The notes beneath the pieces were generated by a model. That model was not told the origin of the DNA. It ran no database searches and saw nothing but the letters and a program-made list of their open reading frames with translations. The translations under genes and the position numbers were made by a program. Positions 37,901-43,490 of a stretch of DNA of 64,000 nucleotides are shown in pieces (position 1 is the stretch's first letter; each line of letters begins with the position of its first letter). The stretch lies in assembly GCA_903864935.1 (NCBI GenBank), contig CAIPHT010000017.1, positions 16,096 through 80,095 on the forward strand, read 5' to 3'. Source of the stretch: Candidatus Vogelbacteria bacterium (GTDB lineage Bacteria > Patescibacteriota > Minisyncoccia > Phycocordibacterales > XYD1-FULL-46-19).

Positions 37901-39824
37901 TGTTAACGGTGGTGGTGGGGTCTATATGGGAGACTCAGCCAACGGTCTTTATGGTAAGTATGAGGCCTATGGTGGGAAGATAGGTATCGGCTCAATGTCC
38001 AATCATCCTGTTGGTTTGTTTACAAATAGTGTTGAGCGATTAAGTATCACCAACGGTGGTTTGGTTGGCATTGGCACCACGACACCATCGGCGAAGTTCT
38101 CTATTCAGAATGCCTTCGGCGCGACTGGGGCTCTGTTTGATATTGCCACCACCACTTCTTCAGCTTTTGCTACCTCGTCACTCTTCACCGTGTTGGCCAA
38201 TGGTAATGTGGGTATCGGGACGAATAATCCGACATTGATATCTGGAGGAAGTGGTTTACATATTAAAAATAGTAACGGTGAAGGGAATCTTAGATTGGAT
38301 AGCACAGTTGGTAATAATCAACAGGTATTTGAATTAAGGACCGAAGGAACAGTGACAGGTTTTGAATTATACGATATTACTAATGGAAAAAGTAAAATAT
38401 GGGTTAAACCGAATAATGGTGACATAATGCTGATGAACAGCAACGTTGGCATTGGCACCACTTCACCAATTGCTAAATTATCAGTGATTGGAAATACTTA
38501 TCTAGGAGGCAATCTTACCGCCACAGGCACTCTTGATGTTGCCGGTACCACAACGATACCTTTTGGTTCCAAGATTGGCGACGTTGCGGGTAGTAATTAT
38601 GTGACCGTTGAGAATAGGCCATTCGATGGGACCTATGCCAGTGGCAGTATCCCTTTGATTAAATTCAACTCCCTGTTCCCTGGTGACTCATCGGTGGGTG
38701 GGATTGATAGGAGTTTGATAATTACGGCTAGTGGTGGTGTCTCGCCTTCACTTCAATTTGCCGCTGAAGATTTTGCCGATACCGCAAATGTCGGAAAAAT
38801 TATTTATGATACCCATAATAATAGAATGGTTGTTAGTGATATTACTGGTACGGGCGCTGTTAATTCAGTTGATTTGTTCATCCCTAATGGTAATGTGACA
38901 ATTAACGGGCTTAATAGTAACGGCGCCGTCTATTCGAATGGCGGTTTGCTCACCAACACCAATCCATCCTCTCGTGATTACAAGAAGAATATTATTGACA
39001 CTAATCTTAATCTTGACGCTCTACTCGGCTTGCAAGTTAAATCATTTGTTTGGAAGAATAATGGCCAGAGTGATTTTGGTCTGATTGCCGAGGAGGTTAA
39101 GAGTGCTTTGCCTGAGCTCTATGTGGATGATGGCAAGACCAAGGGTTATCGCGCCGACCACTTACCATTCTACTTATTGCAGATTGCTCAGCGCCAAGAA
39201 GGGGAGATTAATAGTTTGAACGAGCAAATCACCTCATTGCTCGGCGCCAGCACTAGCTCACCAATTACTCTCACCGAGGGTGGTCTGATTGATCCAAGTT
39301 TACTCGCCGTCTCTAGCTCAAGCCTCGCGGTGGCGACAACAACAGCCGAGACTTCTACTTCTACCGCTTTCTCAATTATCTCTGATCGGCTGCTTACGGG
39401 TGTCGGTACTGTCAAAGAGCTTGTCTCTGAGCGCATGGTGGCGATGGTGGGCCTCTTCGATTATATCAAGGCTAAGGTGGTCGAGACGGATACGCTTAAG
39501 GTCCAGAAGGGGATGGAGATTAAAGATTCGGCCACTGGCGATATCTACTGTGTCTTGATCGTGAATGGCGAATGGCAGAAGACGAAGGGCAAATGCTCGG
39601 ATGTCCCTGTTGCGCCTACCACGCCAAGCACGCCTACTTCTCCCGCTCCCGCTGACTCTTCTTCTGGCTCTTCCACCCCTTCGACTTCCGGTGATACTAG
39701 CACCAGCACACCTAGCTCTGATACTCCGGTAATTACCACTGATTCTTCTGTCCCTCCTGCCCCAACCGAACCAGCCCCAACTCCTGATCCTGTCCCAGCT
39801 CCAGCCCTCGAACCAGCTCCCTAA
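25983..39824 (+). CDS. Giant secreted fibre protein (4613 aa) with about 44 NGNVGIGTTxP-x3-L repeats, a tail-fibre-like central region, a C-terminal intramolecular chaperone (peptidase S74 / endosialidase-chaperone type) domain and a Pro/Thr/Ser-rich tail.
   Basis: N-terminal hydrophobic anchor (GFFGVLFLIVFSFILTPTFSAFA). The motif recurs every 60-130 aa. The C-terminal segment NTNPSSRDYKKNI..LDALLGLQVKSFVWKNNGQSDFGLIAEEVKSALPELYVDDGKTKGYRADHLPFYLLQIAQRQEGEINSLNEQI matches the S74 autoproteolytic chaperone pattern (SDRRLKENI..VSY.WK.....GFIAQEV..V.PE...). Confidence 0.85.
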   Translation: MFSVWQNFVSRKGFFGVLFLIVFSFILTPTFSAFAVTGVPATMSYQGRLANSAGDLVGGAGAIYSFKFSLWDNATVGAGSQVWPAGAPTAVNATVRQGLFNVNIGDTGSGYPDALNYDFSQNNKIYLQVEVSSDGLTYETLGPRQPITSAPFAQVAGQVSGSAVSTMGGLVVNGGVTSTHSTTTGSGYFGTALGLAGQYINSWSDLATYLPVVVGWSTSSDSTNFATLLAGTTTDALAEGVNHKYYSNVYVADYISSSSTLASSLNYWAKSGSDLSYTAGNVGVGMSPVYKLDVNGAIRANGSNIIAGGGSVFGWIFGSNGLSNVDTTLNTSAGYNILFKNGTSEQMRISSGGLVGIGTTTPTQRLDVLGNIQVNGTSSYMINGVNLAFGSTTKQNYFFGAAGNSNITGSYNTGVGKGALVTTTSGGYNTAVGRQSLYLNTIGSSNTALGNNALQSVSAGDGNVGLGADAGQYELGSNSFYLNNIDQNDTAGDKAYSLLYGKFSGVAGSLTNQFLTVNGKLNIGTTTMASTFNIQGISGVSALNIASSTGAPMFTVASNGNVGIGTNAPAYPLDVNGNAKVNGVLTVLNGTSYGILAGLSKLNLYDNAGNASYQNSYTGGWGFGIGNISPTYTLDVKGSGAAGGIFNVASSSGVSALMVSNNGNVGIGTNAPSTGLHLYDNTSTANKALMRLETTAGSGQNAGIRMIGGASNADWMIGTNRADLAGAGDSLLFYKSLGTAGTKMVIQDNGNVGIGTTSPATALHVYGATPEIRLDASGSVNAQYTLNQNNVKYGLLGLSLATDQLALGSAVGDVVLRANAGQKLMLSANGSGASSTMTLLNGLVGIGTTTPSSLLHLYGSSANPLILERNSSLANVGIQFKDTSGSWYAGKGTGTGNFAIGTDANLGASTIFNIQSNGNVGIGTSSPANPLTVADKAQIGTSITNTSQSASLVVQGTASRAAMYIQGDASRSASTDLIYSVNRYGVAGGFQMFGDHSMLIGSTGKEFQYQGSTGYVGIGTTSPSQLLTVGNNNQFTVTSGGAVSATGGFSTNGTVNAGYYQLGGIQAFAYSGTQVQVSPAAYWQSLGLFTNGSEKVSILSNGNVGIGTTTPWAKLSLQNSYGSTGALLDIATTTSSAFATSSVFYVGSNGYVAVGTNNPTNLFEVDVGGVYKVAVNAGGTFVAKNDVMTNLIGDLGSKYQKIMLDQANGLRFFAGSSASNEYMRINQSGLVGIGTTSPMATLSVMGTSTLPGVNPFVVASSSGVQLLTVLPNGNVGVGTTNPSAKLTAFSDATSGAIGDTLRVFSGLGSVALKIYSTTNGDGLIINQYYQGSGQNYIRMADIVSNSGDTSEAQIRFLTKPNSANPSEAMRITGSGFVGIGTTSPALKLHVLGTIGLPATSGTAQNGVARFSVDPAGTGYVLDMGVLSGASWLQTTIAGDLGTYGSLLLNPRGGNIGIGTATPGKTLDVNGDIRIGVNNKLYLVSTNDSNYLSYNEWNTASSIGLKFLISGNEKMRIDASGNVAIGTSTPWAKLAIQNSYGSTQALFDIATTTSSAFATSSVFYVGANGNVGIGTANPAKRLSITDANTALSAYALNISAYKSSGNFSGLSFGDDSGGTVWGAIKFKADTNNDSSLRFLTWDGTTGGTERLTIKGVGGSVGIGSTSPISTLSVKGVAGYNPFTISSSTDASLLTILQNGNVGIGTSSPATSLDVYSNTTDNIFRLMTGPAIGVMPTFTMSQGGTNNFQIGRALTLFNPNLGGIAAENDVGFSAPTNRSLYFGTAANPYLAIRNGGNVGIGTTSPPDLLTVYHDSSADTVLNISNNSLSASYGSSVLKFSQGNGEAAYISWNQANQLFKFVAGRNNFNNFSFNTVTGGAEVSRLFIQNNGNVGIGSTSPMATLSVMGTSTLPGVNPFVVASSSGAQLLTVLPNGKVGIGTTGPVTKLSLSDATSTFLTISNTNNASGVVGGMLFSSQYESTYRKGAISFVRTESNANRGYLSFALDASNTASNVDSDIIGNTKMVIDYTGSVGIGTTAPGAKLDIVGVNNQLRITNADGTNYYSIGRSNSNGYLEFSLTGANSYGYTFNGGLVGIGTTSPMATLSVMGTSTLPGVNPFVVASSSGAQLLTVLPSGNVGIGISNPAQLLDVEGRIRANTLEFGANNSYLGYLDQGGLVFNSSGVGTIYNAYSGSNLFLSSNGGNVILGMRDDGLASYNGKVGIGTSTPFAKLAIQNSFGSTQALFDIATTTSSAFATSSVFYVGANGNVGVGTNLPTNKFTVSGTVDPVRFHSTGQNVLEISSTGNSENGVRFTRSGDASYWTLGMDNNSTNDFYLGSSGFGTKYLTVLQTNGNVGIGTTTPISTLSVSGTAGINPFTIASSTGQTMLTMLQNGNVGIGTANPISPLTISKNSATTATWLNLDNTDVGGAGVMLDFTQGGGMMGRINSYYAGNGLWNLGLGTNANSGLPVLFVTNGRVGVASTTPQSTFAVSGIAGTNPFTIASSTGQTMLTMLQNGNVGIGTAAPSYPLDVVANSSGSNLNLINNPSNLSGIRFGVNGTPASSYTTIFADGRSTGYLYIKTNDIERFRIDSNGNVGIGTTTPSDILSIQGNSSILGNTPSVGLNNTDSGGRLWSIYSSGNSNSIGGGKFSIFDKTASLNRLVIDSSGNVGIGTSSPQSILHLYGATVKPRLERSVSSGAAVLDFWPSGTLSQANSVWSFGMVENNSNFSVNQWTGSQTLQRLLVDTNGNVGIGTTSPAATLDIEINNTSGASTIPVFRVGNLAGTPAYFGITLGGSASGWENIAQLQLNGTKYISLDGGQSTVDLHKNMLLDNNVSFQASSNGFNNFVPYNTAFSNGFSFDTGSIFSFQTNGSPVMTILNNGNVGIGSTTPLSTLSVSGTAGTNPFTVASSTGNAMLTMLQNGNVGIGTANPGNKLHIVGGGLSLGDSVSALTTRGLFNIHDSSNARMSITKASVGGFRFDVTGSGSSYRLNIGDDNVANSGDTNAWMTFTNLGLVGLGTTTPNANLNIFGTTNTFMRVASSTNQNIFVIDNNGDVSMSGGLALTGLTGNIITSTNVKQAIQDLDTSLYNQQNNTKEITGFPNRTDTSIAFTSGTRTFTITGTNFKLYSVGKEYTKNTESIGLPNTVGLYYIYYDKTSHNLATSTTAWGLTDGTIQVATVYWDGTTGVLGEERHGVTMDGATHEYLHHTVGTRYQSGLAGTFNSDRTFSITAGAVDDEDIEETIPLTTTGRILYHNGPTNFTYTSATSSFFDETCTGGVVCYDNAGTKAAVTNNNYVAYWIFATNDPTTPIYSMMGQRQDTSLANAQANQTYGSLTLGTLPFAEMKLLYRVIVRNNAGSTLSVDDYRSVSNLPSGTYLATLHSSLTGLTNDDHTQYALLAGRAGGQSLIGGNTAGDNLTLFGNSIDYGNIFTQPYGGSLTVGTTSTITLANTLFNVASSTGANYLTVLKNGNVGIGTSSPSTNFYVQGNSEVTGYLIAGGAYSNADTVRISLDEYTDRSRIATAGYTNKYYAGRATGVNGEHRFYVGANGSWNEALSILSSGSIGIGTTTPLAKLDLTGTLGSLADIFNVSTSTGANLVSSLFRITANGDVSIGGANLGNYSTTTINNDLVVGGGALTYSSSTGIVSIDNVELGATSFPTDAGMVSWMDMPLTSGTAAGVGVAYTANLAGNPILSIAGISDGNGDLSSFGVGIGTTSVPAFLTIQNASTTSNMPLLLFASSSGSSILSISNNGNIGIGTSTSGGTLHVINPTGITSAKFQAGTGNTITNSLLEILPNSGLSKIYFSSDNNGQRMVYLDTTGSPRMNIDNSSIVQGSNRLINWTSGDMNASADIGLSRGAAGKLYVGNGATYDYTGGLIAGSVGIGSSTPVAKLSIHDNSGLAASNPLFTIASSSAAGTGTTTLLTILGNGNLGIGTASPNSPLQISNTTATTKFIRVGTNSNPSTTANAGGIVVDVNGGGGVYMGDSANGLYGKYEAYGGKIGIGSMSNHPVGLFTNSVERLSITNGGLVGIGTTTPSAKFSIQNAFGATGALFDIATTTSSAFATSSLFTVLANGNVGIGTNNPTLISGGSGLHIKNSNGEGNLRLDSTVGNNQQVFELRTEGTVTGFELYDITNGKSKIWVKPNNGDIMLMNSNVGIGTTSPIAKLSVIGNTYLGGNLTATGTLDVAGTTTIPFGSKIGDVAGSNYVTVENRPFDGTYASGSIPLIKFNSLFPGDSSVGGIDRSLIITASGGVSPSLQFAAEDFADTANVGKIIYDTHNNRMVVSDITGTGAVNSVDLFIPNGNVTINGLNSNGAVYSNGGLLTNTNPSSRDYKKNIIDTNLNLDALLGLQVKSFVWKNNGQSDFGLIAEEVKSALPELYVDDGKTKGYRADHLPFYLLQIAQRQEGEINSLNEQITSLLGASTSSPITLTEGGLIDPSLLAVSSSSLAVATTTAETSTSTAFSIISDRLLTGVGTVKELVSERMVAMVGLFDYIKAKVVETDTLKVQKGMEIKDSATGDIYCVLIVNGEWQKTKGKCSDVPVAPTTPSTPTSPAPADSSSGSSTPSTSGDTSTSTPSSDTPVITTDSSVPPAPTEPAPTPDPVPAPALEPAP

Positions 39825-39829
39825 TTTGT

Positions 39830-39842
39830 CTAGGCCTTGCCT
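39830..39842. repeat. 13-nt remnant of the REP family-2 palindrome (CTAGGCCTTGCCT) between the giant gene stop and the LamG gene
   Basis: Exact match to the core of the 42886 copy. The chance of this at this length in 64 kb is negligible. Confidence 0.6.
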
Positions 39843-39869
39843 GGACAAAACCAAGTGCTTAAAATATTT

Positions 39870-42077
39870 ATGAATAAAATTTTATTTTTTATAATCTCTA
39901 TTAGTTTAGGCTTGACCTTTTCTCTTCCCGCCTTTTCTCTGGCCGCACAAATTGATTCCGCCCCCACTCGTGGCCTTGTTGGCTACTGGTCTTTCGACGA
40001 AGGGACCTCTACTATTGCCCATGATTATTCAGGGAATAAAAATAATGGGACTTTGGTGGGAACTCCTAAACCTAGTTGGGTTGCTGGTAAAAATGGTAAA
40101 GCTTTAATTTTGAATGATGCGACGCAATATGTTGATGCGGGGACAGGTAATACGGGTGTTTATAATCCGGGTCAAACCTTTACTTTGTCTGTTTGGGTAT
40201 TACCAACTGCAACCGGTAAAGCTAGTGGAGCTGATATAATTCAAAAACAAACAGGCTCTGCTTCACCGTATGCGAGTTGGTCACTTGATTTTAGTAATAA
40301 TCAGGAATTTGGGCTTGGCTTAGGTGGGACAAATAATACATTTTATGATTTCAGGGCAAAAACGCCAGCCGTTGCACTTAATCAGTGGTACCATGTTGTG
40401 GCAACTTATGATGGCACGACGATAAAAACATATTTAAATGGGGCCCTGTCTAATTCCGAAGTTTTCCCACTGACTATTAAATACACCAGTGACAAACTTG
40501 TTTTTGGATCATGGTCTTATGGTCAGGCAACTAATTTATTTGTCGGTAAAATAGATGAAGCTCGCATCTACAACCGTGCCCTAACAGCCGGCGAAATTTC
40601 TGCCCTTTATCAAACCAGCGCCACCAAGATTAATCCAGCACCGCCGATCAATAAAGCTGGTCTTAATGCTGGACTCATTGCTTATTGGACGATGGATACT
40701 CAAGATATTAATTGGACGACGAGCCGGATGATTGATAAGTCGGGGAGTGGTAACACGGGCACACTTGGAGCCTTTACTAGTACGGCCTCGGCTCTGGGTA
40801 AATTGGGACAGACGCTCAAGTTCAATGGTACGAGCAATTATCTGGTCAATAGTCAGGTGGTTAATATCACCAAGTCCACCGTCTCGGCGTGGGTCAATTT
40901 GCCGAGCTACCCCACGAGCGGGAGCTTGGGCATGCTCGCTGGTTTTGCTCAAGGTAATAATTCTGATACTCACGACAAGGACCTCTTCATCGATGGGAGT
41001 GGTAAGGCCTATTATTACACTTACACTGGCCAACTCAAGTGCACCACTGAGCCGACCAATGCCATTCCGCGCAATTCTTGGCACTTGGTCACCGGCACTA
41101 ACGATGGTGTTAACAATTATCTTTATATTGATGGACAGCTGGCCGGTTCGGTCTCCGCCGGTAATTCGTATGCTGGCTATGGTTCGGCCAACCTGCTTGT
41201 TGGGGGCAAAGTTAATTATTCCGGCTCGGTTGGTTGTGGTACCGGCAACACCACGCGCACCTATCTCCCGGCGAATACCAAGATTGATGATGTGCGCATC
41301 TACAACCGCGCGCTCTCAGCGAGTGAAGTTAAAACTTTATATAATCAGAGCCAGGGGACAAAAGTGAATGCTCCTCCGACTCTCAAACCTCTTGGTCTCG
41401 ACTCCGGCCTTGTCGGTTATTGGACAATGAACAATCAAGACATTAATTGGAAGACGATGACGATGGTAGACAAATCCGGCAAAGGCAACACTGGCACGCT
41501 CACCAACATGCCTACCTCCACTTCCCCCGTCGCCGGCAAAATTGGTCAGGCGTTGAAGTTTAATGGGAGTAGTTACGTTGATACTAATAGTGCAAGTCTT
41601 GGTCTAACAAATAGTAGTGATCTGACCGTCTCTGTTTGGTTTAAAAGAGCCGATTCGGATGTCGGCCAGCATCATTTGGTTAGTGATTATAATAAAAATA
41701 CGCCAACGGGTTGGATGTTTATGTTCGAATCTAACTACTTATGGATAAAAAATTATCAAACGAGCGCAGTGAACGCAAGAATGTCTGCATCCGTCTCAAC
41801 CATTATTGATACGAAGTGGCATCACGCAGTCGGGATAATAAAAGGAGATGGAACAGATACAAAATTATATATAGACGGCATCCTCCAAGGGAGCAGTTTT
41901 TTTGGTGGTGCGGGAGGCATTGTGACTCAATTGAACATGGGAAGCGGGAATGTAACTATCGGGAGACAGTCCTTGCCTTCTGAAAGATTTTTCAATGGCT
42001 CTATCGACGACACCCGCATCTATAATCGCACCCTTACCCCCGCCGAAGTCCTCCAACTCTACCGCCAAGGAAAATAA
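39870..42077 (+). CDS. secreted protein with three tandem LamG / ConA-like lectin-glucanase domains
   Basis: Signal peptide MNKILFFIISISLGLTFSLPAFSLA. Three repeats each start (L)VGYW(S/T)(F/M)D and end D(E/D)xRIYNR(A/T)L(T/S)..E(I/V)..LY, the hallmark of the LamG_3 / ConA-like superfamily. The ATG at 39870 is chosen over the upstream TTG. Confidence 0.75.
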   Translation: MNKILFFIISISLGLTFSLPAFSLAAQIDSAPTRGLVGYWSFDEGTSTIAHDYSGNKNNGTLVGTPKPSWVAGKNGKALILNDATQYVDAGTGNTGVYNPGQTFTLSVWVLPTATGKASGADIIQKQTGSASPYASWSLDFSNNQEFGLGLGGTNNTFYDFRAKTPAVALNQWYHVVATYDGTTIKTYLNGALSNSEVFPLTIKYTSDKLVFGSWSYGQATNLFVGKIDEARIYNRALTAGEISALYQTSATKINPAPPINKAGLNAGLIAYWTMDTQDINWTTSRMIDKSGSGNTGTLGAFTSTASALGKLGQTLKFNGTSNYLVNSQVVNITKSTVSAWVNLPSYPTSGSLGMLAGFAQGNNSDTHDKDLFIDGSGKAYYYTYTGQLKCTTEPTNAIPRNSWHLVTGTNDGVNNYLYIDGQLAGSVSAGNSYAGYGSANLLVGGKVNYSGSVGCGTGNTTRTYLPANTKIDDVRIYNRALSASEVKTLYNQSQGTKVNAPPTLKPLGLDSGLVGYWTMNNQDINWKTMTMVDKSGKGNTGTLTNMPTSTSPVAGKIGQALKFNGSSYVDTNSASLGLTNSSDLTVSVWFKRADSDVGQHHLVSDYNKNTPTGWMFMFESNYLWIKNYQTSAVNARMSASVSTIIDTKWHHAVGIIKGDGTDTKLYIDGILQGSSFFGGAGGIVTQLNMGSGNVTIGRQSLPSERFFNGSIDDTRIYNRTLTPAEVLQLYRQGK

Positions 42078-42096
42078 TTACCGCCAAGGCAAAAAT
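42059..42096. repeat. 19-bp tandem direct duplication (ctaccgccaaggaaaataa / ttaccgccaaggcaaaaat) spanning the LamG gene stop codon
   Basis: 17 of 19 positions identical, immediately adjacent. Confidence 0.7.
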
Positions 42097-42120
42097 TTCA
42101 CCGAGGTAGTTTTTTGCCCA

Positions 42121-42149
42121 ATCACCGCTAGGCATTGCCTAGCGGTGAT
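42121..42149. repeat. REP-like palindrome, family 2, copy a: core CCGCTAGGC-ATT-GCCTAGCGG, extended to 14-bp arms (ATCACCGCTAGGCA/TGCCTAGCGGTGAT)
   Basis: Perfect inverted repeat read directly. Confidence 0.9.
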
Positions 42150-42195
42150 TATACGTTGCAAACAAAGGCTAAATTTATCCACATTTTTCCATTTT

Positions 42196-42216
42196 CCGCT
42201 AGGCATTGCCTAGCGG
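42196..42216. repeat. REP-like palindrome, family 2, copy b, followed by TATAAT and the transposase ATG
   Basis: ccgctaggcattgcctagcgg, then tataat (42217-42222), then ATG at 42223. Confidence 0.9.
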
Positions 42217-42222
42217 TATAAT

Positions 42223-42903
42223 ATGTTTATGTCGGAAAGGAAATTTATTTTTTCGATCGGTGAATTTTATCACATCTATAATCGTGGAGTAGAGAAGCGC
42301 GTTATCTTTAACACGGTCGCAGACAAATATCGTTTCTTGAAGTTGCTTTATTTGTGTAATGGAGGAGAGCCTTTTAAGTTCGATGAACTAAAGAGAGGTG
42401 AGGAATATCTATTCAGACGGGGCGAACCGATTGTTGATATATGCGCCTATTGTTTAATGGACAATCACTATCATCTTATCCTGAGAGAAATTAAGGAGGG
42501 CGGGATCAGTATTTTTATGCACCGGCTTGGGACTTCTTACTCAGCCTATTTTAATAAATTGAATGAACGCAAAGGGTCATTATTCCAAGATAAATTTGGG
42601 GCCAGACATTTTGATAGTGATGAATATTTGAAATATGGGATTGCTTATAATCATCTTAATCCGGTGAAAATGGTTGAGCCCAAGTGGAAGGAGGAGGGCA
42701 TTAAAGATATGGATAAGGTAAAAAAATTTATCGAGAAATATCGCTTTTCTAGTTATCTTGATTATAAGGGCCAAAAACGGAACGAAAATCGCATTTTGAA
42801 TATGGATTCTTTGCCCGAGTATTTTGATAATGCCAAGGAGTTTGACGATTACTTAACTGATTGGCTAGGTTATCATGCGGAAGAACCGCTAGGCCTTGCC
42901 TAG
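42223..42903 (+). CDS. HuH-family tyrosine transposase of the IS200/REP-associated (RAYT-like) type, copy 2
   Basis: IGEFYHIYNRGVEKR. HuH motif MDNHYHLIL. RKGSLFQDKF. YGIAYNHLNPVK, comparable to the Y..NPVK motif of REP-associated Y1 transposases. FSSY. The stop codon TAG lies inside REP2 copy c. Confidence 0.8.
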   Translation: MFMSERKFIFSIGEFYHIYNRGVEKRVIFNTVADKYRFLKLLYLCNGGEPFKFDELKRGEEYLFRRGEPIVDICAYCLMDNHYHLILREIKEGGISIFMHRLGTSYSAYFNKLNERKGSLFQDKFGARHFDSDEYLKYGIAYNHLNPVKMVEPKWKEEGIKDMDKVKKFIEKYRFSSYLDYKGQKRNENRILNMDSLPEYFDNAKEFDDYLTDWLGYHAEEPLGLA

Positions 42904-42906
42904 CGG
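42886..42906. repeat. REP-like palindrome, family 2, copy c (loop variant CTT), overlapping the transposase stop
   Basis: ccgctaggccttgcctagcgg. Confidence 0.9.
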
Positions 42907-42957
42907 TAATTTAATGTCGATAAATAAGGCTTAAATAGCCACTGCTTTTGGAGTTTT

Positions 42958-42984
42958 CCCTAGGCATTGCCTAGCGGTTTTTTT
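42958..42984 (+). terminator. REP family 2, copy d (5' arm degenerate: CCCTAGGCATTGCCTAGCGG) plus T7; acts structurally as a hairpin and U-tract terminator
   Basis: Hairpin followed by ttttttt. Confidence 0.6.
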
Positions 42985-43040
42985 GCTTGAGAGACGAATT
43001 ATGTTAGGATATATGAGACCATATGTCAGAAATGGTATAT

Positions 43041-43114
43041 GGGCCTATAGTTCAATGGTAGAACAATGGTCTCCAAAACCATCGATCGAGGTTCGAGTCC
43101 TCGTGGGCCCGCCA
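43041..43114 (+). tRNA. tRNA-Trp (anticodon CCA), CCA end encoded
   Basis: GGGCCTA-TA-GTTC-AATGGTA-GAAC-A-ATGGT-CTCCAAA-ACCAT-CGAT-CGAGG-TTCGAGT-CCTCG-TGGGCCC-G-CCA. Cloverleaf folded by hand. Confidence 0.85.
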
Positions 43115-43171
43115 GAAACAGGATTTAAGAAGGTTTGCTTATTTTTTGCCATCGTTTATAATAGGCTTAAT

Positions 43172-43291
43172 ATGATAGAACAACCACAAGAAAACAAAGG
43201 CGAAATTGTCCCTCAAGATTTTGTTGAGGAGGTAATGAGAGCCTATAACCAAGCACTAGAATCATTAGCAAATAATCCTGATGGTTCTTAG
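43172..43291 (+). CDS. small acidic hypothetical protein (39 aa), low confidence
   Basis: ATG after the TATAAT at 43156-43161. The upstream part of track ORF 42983..43291 overlaps tRNA-Trp and is rejected. Confidence 0.25.
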   Translation: MIEQPQENKGEIVPQDFVEEVMRAYNQALESLANNPDGS

Positions 43292-43295
43292 TTTT

Positions 43296-43490
43296 ATGTC
43301 AGACGAATTAAAAGTTAAAGCTCAAAAATTAGGTCAATTATTAGCCAATTCCAACAAGATCGATTTAGACCAGAAGATGAAAGTTCTGGGTCTTCTCAAG
43401 GATCTTACGGAGGGCAAAATTGATGAGATAATTACTTATCTCGAAGAGAAGGAAGGTTCGGGCAGTCTTGAGTTAATTCTTGCCATCTAA
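43296..43490 (+). CDS. small amphipathic hypothetical protein (64 aa); 3' end overlaps the convergent miaA
   Basis: MSDELKVKAQKLGQLLANSN... with K/L heptad-like periodicity. No family recognised. Confidence 0.3.
   Translation: MSDELKVKAQKLGQLLANSNKIDLDQKMKVLGLLKDLTEGKIDEIITYLEEKEGSGSLELILAI

Noticed and set aside
24779-42977. Possibility that the recurring 21-nt palindromes are a CRISPR array
   Set aside because: There is no regular repeat-spacer periodicity. The copies are 70-700 nt apart, overlap gene ends, occur in both orientations and sit next to HuH transposase genes, which fits REP elements instead.
42983-43171. N-terminal two-thirds of track ORF 42983..43291
   Set aside because: It overlaps the REP2 hairpin and terminator and the whole of tRNA-Trp. 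Only the portion after the ATG at 43172 could be a gene.
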